Position numbers and translations under genes: made by a program. A model generated the notes under the pieces. It saw nothing but the letters and a program-made list of their open reading frames with translations. It made no database searches and was not told the DNA's origin. A stretch of 64,000 nt of DNA from Octopus vulgaris. Taxonomy: Eukaryota. This document shows, piece after piece, positions 52,964-64,000 of this stretch. The DNA lies in NCBI GenBank assembly GCA_951406725.2, contig OX597831.1, positions 45,260,001 through 45,324,000 on the forward strand. Direction: 5' to 3'. Each line of letters starts with the position of its first letter. Position 1 is the stretch's first letter.

Positions 52964-55109
52964 CAGGAGGGCCATGATGCGCTTACATTCAGAAAGGCTT
53001 TTTCAGCCGAGAAGATTCATGGAATAATTTTCCGAAAGTTCATATTGAAATCTTTTCATGCTGCTAAGCATCAAAGTCTGGTGACTGACCTGAATATAGA
53101 ACCAGAGTACTGACCCTAAAATTTATAAAACTTGGTTTCTTATTCCACAAACGACCTACCCTGACGTTACATATATAGAGATCAGTATAAAGTGTTAAAT
53201 AGTTTTTATTCAACCGACATTAGTGTAAGATCACTCAACGAAGTATACCTTTAGTTCAGTGTACTACGGAGTGTTGGTACAATAATGAATCACTGCCAAA
53301 AAAGAGAACTGAAGCAATCATTGCTGAATTTCCAATCTGATTCATCTAATGTTAAACAAAAGAGAATTACAAATGAAGAAATTTCACAGCTCAAGGAAGG
53401 CAGTATTAGTTTTGCAGAGTCTTTGACACCCTCATTGGATGACCTACGATAGGTCAACTGCCAACCAATGCAGCCAGTTCTAGCAAAGTTTGATCCAAAG
53501 ATTTATGGAAATCAAAAACATGACTTCTCGTCAAGCTGGTAAACTGGCCATCCATGGTTAGAGTATTCTCTTTCAAAAAAAGACTTTTGCAAAATGATCA
53601 ATTGAGCAAAAACCATTACTATATCAATTCAGTTGTTGATATTGTGCATTTTCTTTGCACAAACGAACTGCCTTTTTGAGGAAACAAAAATGAATCTTTA
53701 TTTGAAAGGTGAGATGCAACTTTGTGGTCTTTGAATGAAATTATTCCAATGCACATTAAAGAAAGACTCAAAGCTAATAGGATGTTACAGCAAGATTCCA
53801 AAAAATGCGACCTATACCTCAACAACAATGCAAAATATCATCAGCCTTGTTGTCGATGGAATAAAATGTTCCAATGTTTCTTACTTTAAGCTGAAATGTG
53901 ATGGAACGCGTGATTTGAGTAATACTGAAAATATTGCAATTGCTATTAAATACTTGAAAAATGACAGGGTTATGGAAAACTTAGTTGCCATGCCAACTAC
54001 TCAACGTTATGATGCTGAAACATTGGCCGACTTGTTAATTAAGGAATTAACCAACCTTGGCACTGACCCAAAGCATATGTTGCTTCAATGATACAATGGT
54101 GCTCCTGGGATGCCTGGCAAAATAGGTGGCATTCAAAGAAAAATACAGAATCAACTTGAAAAACATATACTCTATGTTCATTGTCTTAATCATCAGTTGC
54201 ATCTTGTCATGGTTTTAACATAATAAAGCAGATTCCGGAATTAGCTATGTTCTTCGACACCATTAATATTCTTCATAATTTTATTAACCAGTCAAGGGTT
54301 TACATTGCCATGTCTTATGTAGCATAGGTGGTTGGGTCAATTCAGTGCCATTGCTTCTGTTATAGAAAATCACTCCAAGATTGTTGGTCCTAATGTTTTT
54401 CAGATTATGTTGCCAAAGCCCTTGTACCATCACAAGATGACTGGATAACCTTTAATCGCAAAATTTATTTTGCCACCATTGATGAAAGCTTGGGAGACCT
54501 AGATAGCAGATTTTCAGAGCAAAACAACAGCATATATTCTTCCTTGGCAAGTCTACTATACCAATCTCTGAGACATTTTTAGATTTTGATACCGTAAAAC
54601 CTTTGAGCAATTTAGTTAATTGTGATAAATTGGCCTTGCTGTCTGAACTTACTGTGGCTAAAGCATACATTTTCAAACAAAATATGATGACACTGCTGGA
54701 TATTTTGGGATCTTTACATATCATACAGGATGCCTTTCCAAATGTTTATCTATAACATTTAGGTCCAGCACAGCCACATGTGAATCATCACTTCTGACAC
54801 TAACTCGAATTATGATTATGTTTCGACGAAATATGAAGCACCCATGAAAATCAAACCTTGTGATACTTGCTTCTCTTAAGAAATTTAAATCAATTATGGA
54901 CAAGGACGGTTTTCTCAAAGTTTTTTGCATTGTGTCACCATAGACTGCAGTTGTATTAAATAAATGTAACCTGATTTTATTTTGTGTTGTGAATTTTCTT
55001 AGAAAATGGAATCAAATTTACAAACGGTATGGTTTTTAGAGTTCTGTTCAGTACCCCCAGCTATCAAGATAGCACCCCTGCCAGTTGCAATCAGCCGGCT
55101 ATGTGCCTG
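52964..55109 (+). mobile_element. Decayed hAT (ZMYM1/Zn-TTF-like) transposon
   Basis: Fragments WLEYS, KNATYTSTTMQN, YFKLKCDGTRDLSNTENIAI, YVHCLNHQLHLV, STATCESSLL. Possible imperfect 8-bp TSD tcaccact/tcaccagc. Ends are uncertain. Confidence 0.8.
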
Positions 55110-55255
55110 TCACCAGCTTATTGCAACTTGTTGCTCTGTTCAGTAACTAAACAATGCAGGTCATTTATCAGTTTCTTTTAGCTGGACTAAATGTTCCATC
55201 TATCAGATTGTGAAAGAGGAAATGGTATATTTAATATAACATAAAAATTAATTAA

Positions 55256-56663
55256 CCCTTTCGTTACTAACCCGGCCGAAAAATTTTTTGGTTCATAATA
55301 CCAACCCGGCCATGAGAACCTATTGTTATTTTAAATGTAAATTTGAACCCAAATCTCGTTGGTACATTCGTTAAAACATGTGATTTCACATTGTAAATAG
55401 TTAAGTTATAGTATCCGACATTGCTTGAAGTGATATCTCAACTCAGTGAATTTTGGGAGATTTTTTTCCACATGTTTTTCGGCATCGATTTTTCTTCAAC
55501 TTTGAAAATGGATAGGAGTTTCATGTTATCAAGCATTGATTCTGAATTTAAAGCTTTTTCAACGGAAAATAGGGAGATATTGAGAAAAAGAATGAAATAG
55601 GTACTAAAGCACGTGGTGTACAAAATAATGAATGATATTTTTTTATCCGAAAATGAAAGCAGCGCCTTCCGAAGAAACAAAGCGGCGATGGCGACAGCAA
55701 AGACGATTTTACATCGGAATGAAGAAAAAAAACTTTAAAAATGTTTTTATTAGCAATTTTTCTGGGGAGATAGTTTATCTATAGTTTTTCTTAGGAAGCG
55801 AAACCGTTAGACTTTTATTTTTTTCAGTATGCTAGTTTGAAGCGATCACTTCGGAAACAAATTTATGCAGATTGTAAACAAACACTAAAGTTTGGAAAAT
55901 TTGTGAAGTAAATACTGGGTACTGTTGTGGATTTAGTTTTTATACAGGGAAATTAATGTTAGTCAGCATGGCTTAGGGTACGATGTGGTCTGGAAGTTAT
56001 TGTTTGAAGCGATCAATGCGGAAACAAATTTTTGCAGAATGTAAACAAAACACAAAATGGGGGATCAAATTTCGGAAAATTTGTGAAGCAAAATACTGAG
56101 TACTGCTGTGGATTTAGTTTTTATACAGAGAAAATAATGTTAGTCAGCATGGCCTAGGGAACGATGTGGTCTGGAATTTATCACTTCCATACCATAACCA
56201 TGGCCGTATATTATTTTTTGACCAATTTCTTTAGTTCGGTCAAACTTGCGGTGGATTCCAGTATTTCAGTTTATTCCACCTTTATGGTACACCTGTTGTG
56301 CATTAAATTCAACTGATGATCTAGTGATGTGCACAATTCTTCTTTATCAAAATTTTGTTGCATACCCATTTGAATATTAGCTGATGATTCATTTTCTATG
56401 GTGATGTTTAAACAAAATTTTAATATTTTACCTTTTGCTCAATTTACCTGGATCTACCTGTAATTAAAGTCACTTTGAGACAAAAGTTATGCAATAGAAT
56501 TTATTAAGAACCCTTTCTTTAATTGTTCTAAATATCACATTAATATGTTGATAAGTAAAACAGTTACAGTTATTTAATGAAACAAGCCTAAATTCGTGAT
56601 TATTTTAGAATTTAATTGAAACTCATGAGGTGTATTTTGGTCAGAAATATAGTAACGAAAGGG
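55256..56663 (+). mobile_element. Second internally deleted piggyBac element, same TIR family
   Basis: TTAA|CCCTTTCGTTAC ... GTAACGAAAGGG|TTAA. Remnant HGLGNDVVWNLSLPYHNHGRILFFDQF. Internal duplication of about 180 bp (55836-55998 and 56002-56178). Confidence 0.9.
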
Positions 56664-57256
56664 TTAAAAAACTATTTTATCAGATTTAGGGCCATTACAA
56701 TCCCATATCAGTTTGATTGACCTTGAGTAAAATGAGCTAAATGTGTGTGTTTAATATATGTATAATATTCTAGCAATAGATTTTGTCTTCCCACTCTACA
56801 AGTCAACCTCAATATGAAATCCTTCCTAGGCAGATGCCAGGTAAAAGGAAATCAAGAGAGGAAGAGCTGAGAGATTACAGATAGGGATACATGCTGGAGT
56901 TTAACTTCATGTTCTCATTGATCAAGATCTACAATTAGAGAGTACAGAATGAGACAACTGGGCATGGCTGTTTTGGATGCTGACAATTTGGTGTGACTGA
57001 TTGACATTCGGCCTGTTTAGGCAACAGTTATTCCAGTGCTGGAGGCAAACACATACACACAAGCACATGCTCAGACACCATAATTTATTAATTGAACACA
57101 ACTAACAAAAATACTTACCCTTTCCTCATAAACATTGAGAAATACACATGCACACACAGACAAACAAACAGAACATTCAAATGCTTGTGTGTAACTTTAG
57201 CAAAAGTGGACTAAGTATGTTATGGTGAAAGCTGAGGACAATAAAAGGGTCCCTAC

Positions 57257-57402
57257 CTCGTACTTGCTGCTCTAAGCTTGTGATCAGGGTGACTGCCTGC
57301 TGTAAGATCAGTAATTTAGTCTGTTGTTTGTCATTTGAAAGATGTAAGGAGCACATACGTCCCAGCTCCTTAAATGCTTCATTAATGTCTCGTACTCGAA
57401 CC
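57257..57402 (-). CDS. E-protein HLH exon ([48 protein letters not shown])
   Basis: Within ORF 57177-57413. Acceptor ttgttatacag|G, donor CGAG|gtaggg, 146 nt, phase 2/1. The sequence is near-identical to the HLH of E12/E47/HEB/E2-2/daughterless. Confidence 0.96.
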
Positions 57403-60120
57403 CTGTATAACAAAAGAAAACGAAAATGTCCAGAAATAAAAGAATGTTCACAATGACGTTACCATCCCAACATTTGCATTTTGGTTGGCTTACCGGAATT
57501 CAGAATTCTGTTAGTGTACTATTTTGATTTAAAAAAAAAATTCTTTTCAAACTGTTTACTTATTGATTTCTGTCTGTGTGCACTGTACATGAAACCCAAG
57601 GTAAATGGTATACCCACAACCAAAACAACTCAAATTACTTTCAAAGCTTAACTGAGTGCAAAACTGAGAAGACCAAGAGGAAGGTACAAATGTATATGAA
57701 GCTGAACAGGGGGAAAAAGAAATGGAACAAATAATACCAATGACAGCTAAATGAGTTCACAAAGAGCAACTGGGCAGTTTCACTAATTCAGATATAAGTA
57801 AACCCAAAGCTTGGATGGTAGAAGAAATGAAGGAGTAGGTTTTATTCCAAGTCTAAAGAGGCTGAATGATCGGGCAACTGCTAACATGTGTTAGAAAATA
57901 TAATTAAATGATTTTTGTAGTACAGAACAAAAATTACGATAAATCATAAGAAATTATTTTTAGCGATATTCATAAATTTCAAAATAAGTTATGGATGTTC
58001 TGAAACTATTTCATAAAAATTTGGATGAATAACAAGACAACTGCAATATGAAATATGCAAGCATATATCATTAGAATAGTTTCAGAATATCCATGTCATT
58101 ATAAACAGCACTAAAAATAATTTGCGCACACACACACAGTTGTGTGTTTGTGTGTGTGTGTAATAGGCTTAAAACAAAACTGATGTAAGGATAGTAAGCA
58201 AAATACACAAATGACATTTTCTACAAAAAACAGCTAGGAGGCTTCGAAATAGATTGCTATAATTTAGTAAAATAATTAACATAGAGCTACTTTTGAAGAC
58301 AGATCAAAGGATAAGTGACATGAAGAAATTTGCTGGCATAAATGAATTTTAGCACTTTATAGAGGAATTTTAAACTCAATTTAGGAAGAAGAAAAATGGA
58401 GAATAGTTTCGATGTAAAAGATACAACAAGTGATTAAAGATTAACCTTTCATAGCGTCTAGATGGATTCCAGCAAAACACTAACTGCAACATTATTCGCA
58501 CTAGTGCAATTAGTCAGTGTTCAGCAGGCTTCTTACAATAAATAAACAAAATGAAAAATAATGTATATGTAGAGGGAAAAAGATGTACATTACAATGTAT
58601 GTTCTTTCAAGTTTATTGATATTTATGGAAATGCTGGAAAGCACTCATCTGTATTATTATCATTCAGTATTTAGTGACACTACCTCTCAAACTGTTTAAT
58701 TTATTGACAAAGCTACCTCTGCATCACATTTCATTTCACATGTTGCTATATGTATACTACTAACACATAATATTTACAAGGTTTTATTATGGGGGGAAAA
58801 AAAAACAACAACCAGACTAAATATGGTCCTAAATCAGCCTAACCCCGGAAGTTATAATAAATACTGGACTTCACTGTCAAGTCTATACCACAATTTGTAC
58901 AAGATAAATTCCCAAATCTTGAGACTATTAAACTCACATGTTTCACACCACATATGATATGTTCTCATAGTCCCTCTAATAGTTTTCTGTGTTTCAGGCT
59001 CTTGTTTCCAGTTAGACCTACATTCTGTATCAGTGCTTCTGAAACTTTTTCTCTTTTTCTTTTACTAACATTATGCAATGCTTCCCCACTCCATATAAAT
59101 GTACTATCAGATCAGGGTTAATTAGTTCTGAGTAGTAGTTTGACATGGGTCACTACTGACCACAATACCACTTTCCTAGATGCTAGTACTCTAAGCATTG
59201 AAGGAATATATTTGATTTTGCTTATTTATTCATTCACACTGCAAGGTCTGTTATTATTGCTAGTGATGTTGTCGCTGTCGTTATGGCAGCTAATGAGGTT
59301 TATCATAATATTACATTTAAATAAGACACAAAAAATAAAAAACCTATGGTACCCTGCTGTCTCCTTTTGTCCCTAGTACCCATATAAAATTTTCCACTGT
59401 CCTCCAGTGCGTTGAACCAGCTATTTGAGAAGCACTGAACTATGTGGTTAAAACCATCATAATCTATATCAAATGTTTTGTTTTCAAGTTATGTTGATAA
59501 AATCCATTTTTTCTCCACTAAAACAAGACAATTATCTTGGCTAAAAAATCCAGATCATGTCAGATTTTAAAAATGAGTCACTTAGTGAGTAATGCTTACT
59601 ATATGATGCACTTCAATCAACTGAATTTATGGGTTAGACTCAGTACCATTCATAAATGTTTATATTAAGATTATTTTTAGAATAAGAAATAGCACAAACT
59701 ATTTTGATATAAAAGAAGGGAAAAGTGATTGTAGAAAATCCTAAAATAATAATTCATCTTTTAAGAGATGCACAAAATAAATCTAAAATATTTTCTGAAA
59801 TACATGGTATTAAAATGTTCCATGCTTTAATGATTATCCAAAAATTACAGTCACACCCTCCTCTATTCCTACAATCACTGTTTTGGAAGTAAGTGCTAGA
59901 TCTGTTGTGAACTCAAAAGTAACAGAAACAAATCACCAGGTGATAATTTTGTAGTAGTAATTTGTGCTCCAAATAGTTTGCTGTAAAATTATCACCATTG
60001 TCATTGGCTGGTTGATTCCTGTGCGTAAAGTTGATAACTTCTTTGAAACTATTATTAATCATTTAGCGTTCAGAATACTGTTAAATGTAATGCATATTTT
60101 TTTCCCCCCTTTTTTTTTAT

Positions 60121-60303
60121 GTGCAGGTGGCACGTAAAAAGTACCCACTACACTCACGGAGTGGTTGGCGTTAGGAAGGGCATCCAGCCGTAGAAACACT
60201 GTCAGATCAGACTGGGCCTGATGCAGCCTTCTGGCTTCACAGACCCCAGTTGAACCGTCCAACCCATGCTAGCATGGAAAGCGGACACTAAATGATGATG
60301 ATA
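60121..60303 (+). mobile_element. Repeat family C, 3' part
   Basis: Consensus match with (GAT)n tail. Confidence 0.8.
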
Positions 60304-61445
60304 ATGTTTTGAATTAAATCAGATATTATCCCATAGCTTTAAGATTTTTGATGATGTTATTGTTTATTTTTAGAATGACATAGTAGTTAAGTGTGAAAGG
60401 CTAGATCTGGCCAGTTTAAATGCTAAATGGTCAAGGTCTCAGCCTCTTGATTCTGATAACAAAAGCAATACTCAAGTGAATCAAACTCGGTAAGTGAAAC
60501 ACAAGTGACAACTAAGGACCCAAATTTAGGAAGAAAATAATTTCTTGGAATTAAAAAAAAAAAATTCTTTTAACAGTTGAACTTTTCAAAACTTTGCACA
60601 AATGCAGTTACATATTTTTGGCACAAAGAATAAAAACTTTTCCTCAGTCAAGTCACAAGACTGGTGGTAAATATGAAATGGGAATAAATAGCAATAACAA
60701 AGCCTCCTAGAATATGAAGAACCAAAATGCAAAATGAAAGAAAAATTATACAAAATACCAATTGTAAATGAAATAAAATATAATTTAACTTCAGCAAAAT
60801 CATCTCAAAATACCCAAACTTTATATAAAAGTAAGTGAGAAAGAGGAAGTAAATAATCTAATAAATAGTAAAAACTTTAAAATTGTGACATAAAAAAACT
60901 GCCCCACCCTCCCCTCTTGCAGCTAAAATAAGCAAATAACATTCCACAGCCATGAAAATATCTTTATATTAGAAATAGAATTAACAGATAAAAACTAAAA
61001 ATATCATCCTGAGGATCTGTTCCATCATGAACGCACATGGAAATAAATAATAATCTACATTTAATTTGAAAATTATGTTAGTATTTAAATGACTATAATA
61101 ATAATAATAACAACAACAACAATAATAATAAAGTACACACAATATCTTCAATCTACAACATCACGACACTGGATACTGTGCGACATCTTCAATAATAATA
61201 ATAATAATAATAATAATGGTTTATTTTTAAATAGAAAATACAAAAATGATGCCACAAGCATGCTGGGTTAACTAGTAACTTCCAGCAATGGGAAAAAAAA
61301 AAAAAAAGAAAAAAAAAGGAGAAAAATCATTGTTTACAGAAAGCTGAAAATTTAAGAATGGTGAATGTTCACACATTCTTTTTGTTTTTTGTTTTTATTT
61401 CTTTTTTACTTTGATTTCCGACAAGTTTCTGCAAGGTGAGTTTCT

Positions 61446-61560
61446 AAAACAGCTGTCTGTAAGAACAGTTGGGCAAGTTAAACAGCTGTCTATAAGAAGA
61501 ACAGTTGGGCGAGTTAAACAGCTGTCTGCAAAAAAACAGTTGGGCATGTGCACAGATGTC
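61446..61560. promoter_or_regulatory. Tandem 33-36-bp repeat forming a cluster of 8 E-boxes in the E-protein intron
   Basis: CAGCTG at 61450, 61483 and 61519; CAGTTG at 61466, 61502 and 61537; CATGTG at 61545; CAGATG at 61553. The repeat is certain; a regulatory role is inferred. Confidence 0.5.
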
Positions 61561-61789
61561 TGTTCAAGTTTAAAGTAAAAGGGCAGAGAACAACTTGCAT
61601 GGCTCATAAGGTTAACAAATACAATTCCATTTTCCTTAAATTTACAAACATAATGGAACAGCTTTAATTCAATGAATGGAAATTTTAACGTGCTTCATGT
61701 AAATTACAGCAACACTCGGGAAACAGTAACTACAACTTTATGTCTAAATAAACTTTGCCTATTTCACAACAGAGGAATAACTACAATAC

Positions 61790-61873
61790 CTTTCACGTGC
61801 ATTATTTGCTTGTCTGCGCAATCTTTCTCGTTCAGCTTTAGCTTCGGGTGAGTCATCTTCATCCCCATCACTG
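61790..61873 (-). CDS. E-protein (daughterless/TCF12/TCF4-like class I bHLH) exon encoding the acidic linker and basic region (SDGDEDDSPEAKAERERLRRQANNARE-R); upstream exons lie beyond the window or were not recognised
   Basis: Found by reading the minus strand; the ORF track shows a different frame here. Acceptor ttcaatag|CAG (tandem TAGCAG), donor GAAAG|gtattg. RRQANNARER is the E-protein basic-region signature. 84 nt, phase 2/2, joins in frame to the 57402 exon. Confidence 0.93.
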
Positions 61874-64000
61874 CTATTGAAGATAACAAAAGTTTAAAAA
61901 TATAGATGACTGCATAAATATAGATGATTGTATAAAACACTAATTGCAACATTTTCTTTCTATAAGGATAACTGCAAATGCCACTTTACTGTTTAATCGC
62001 TTACAATATTCACACAAAGAAATCCACCACTTTCAAACAAAATATTTGTTATAGCCAAAATTAATTCTAGAAAGTTAATGTAAGGAAGAAATATTTTAAA
62101 TCCTTAACTAGAACAATTAAGACACAAAACTGGAAAAAAATTAATCCAAAACTTTAATAAACTCCCGTATTTTTACAAATATGGGCTTATAGGTTTCACA
62201 TTCCCTATAAATCAGTTTATCCCAGTGACACTACATTAACATATTATCATCTTAAAATATCCCTTCATTTTCTATATTTGAAATATAACACTTTCTCCAG
62301 TAATTATCAGTTAAAGGAAAAACAAAACCTACTTTGATTAGGTCAAAATTAAGCTCCAACAGGAAGTCACACAATAGTTTAAACTAACATTAGCATAGTA
62401 TAACTGGGACATTTAGCATTGAACCAGCAAGATTTGAAATTGGAATCAAGAGGGACAAATCTAAATACTGCAATGTAACCTATATTTTCAATTAATCCCA
62501 CAACTGGATTGGAATTTTCACAACTTGTAAATCCCAGCACCCTAATTTTGATAGCATCCAGCATGAGACTATGCATTTTATACTATAAGACCGTTTCTAA
62601 GTGTTATACTTCAATTTAAATGTTCAACTGTAATTCTATGTAAGAATCTTTCCAAACTCTAGCTTAATGATGCAAAAGTTAGATTATTAAATCCTTGCAA
62701 ATTCTTAAATATCTTTAAAATCAGTTGAAACACATTTTGAATAAATAAATTAGGTAACTAAAAGGTTTAAAGATCTATCTATTTGTAAGTGAAACCCTAC
62801 AGAATATCAAACCAGTTATTCACAGCAATGGATTGTTCTTCATCAGCATGTGAATAAATACATTAATAAACTTGAAAAGTTTAAAGGAAAGGAAAAAAGA
62901 ATATTTATATTCATTCATCATTTTAACATTCACTTTTTTCTATACTTGCATGGGTCCAAAGGTTATTATTGAAGCAGATTTTCTACTGTCAGATCCGCTT
63001 CTTGTCATCAACCCTCACCTGTTTCCAAGCAAGGTAATATTTCTCTGTGACCAGACATATTTATATTTACAAAGAGATGTACATTTAAAAGAGCAAACCA
63101 AGTTTATACATTTGTTTCATTTGTTAAAACAAGAATTTCTTTTGAAGTTGGATGTTTTTCAGAAACCAAACTTTTTTTTTTTGCCCTTATATCTTTGAGA
63201 CATTTCAGAGATGAGGAACCTGCAACCTTCTAGAAGTCCTCTAGAATGACTTTTACATAACACTAGGAGAGATTTGACTATTTTGGGCAAACAACTACAT
63301 CATTGAGTTCTTTTTGCATTTTATGACAACAACCACCAAATGTCTCCTTCAGCTTGGACATATATCGCTATTTCTTCAAGGTATGCTTTCACTTTGCAGC
63401 AAAACTAATATTTCAATTGCTGCAATTCCTTTCATTAAATTAATAATAAATTCATTAACATCATCAGTTATGTCCGTTTTCCATGCTGGCATGGCCTTTC
63501 TATAACACAATTGAAACATTATTATAAATTATTTGATAACTATATGTGAATTTTTAACAGATAATTACAAATTGATCCGAACAATTTTTCCATGGCAGCA
63601 TGGGTTGGACAGTCAGACAGGAACGACAAGCCAGATGGCTGTGCTGAAATACAGCTGGTTGCCTTTCCTAATGCCAACCACTTTACAGAGGTGTACTGGG
63701 TGCATTTTTTCTATATGTGTGTGTGTTTTTTTCATAATATTTAATCAGCAGGAAGATACAGAAGTATCACAAAGGCCACAAAGAGTTTTGTGCATGGCAA
63801 GTGATAAATACCACATACAAATACACACACACGTATGTTTATAAACAAAAGGAATGAGCACTCAGTAAATTTGAGTATGGCACAGATTTGAAAGAACTGC
63901 AGAAAAAAAAAGTTAGGAAAAATAAGAAACGTACACATCAGGATTTTCCGGAAACAACTTGTTTCTGAAAATATATAAAAATATATTTAGATTAAATTAA

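Noticed and set aside
61395-61428. Possible alternative terminal exon (RNLSEIKVKKK*) truncating the protein before the HLH
   Set aside because: Weak polypyrimidine tract; such a short frame is expected by chance.
48750-61789. Mutually exclusive duplicate bHLH exon (E12/E47-like)
   Set aside because: No second RVRDINEAF-like segment found by eye on the minus strand.

Overview
Eukaryotic, AT-rich, microsatellite- and SINE-dense DNA. The SINE families look like those of Octopus (cephalopod); this is an inference from recalled repeat sequences. The only convincing host gene is the 3' half of an E-protein (class I bHLH, daughterless/TCF12/TCF4-like) on the minus strand. It has four phase-compatible coding exons (61790-61873, 57257-57402, 48633-48749, 44402-44694) and a probably long 3' UTR. 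The rest is mostly mobile DNA: several tRNA-derived SINE families, piggyBac, mariner, hAT and Helitron derivatives, LINE remnants and palindromic MITEs. The most notable unannotated layer is a set of at least six unrelated short retroelements that carry minimal type I hammerhead-ribozyme (HHR) motifs of the Penelope/retrozyme kind. These include a tRNA-headed, HHR-containing element with an inverted 5' duplication and a 13-bp TSD, and U3:A8 core variants. There is also a tandem cluster of 8 E-boxes inside the E-protein gene's own intron. Exon and TIR coordinates were counted by hand; SINE boundaries are approximate.
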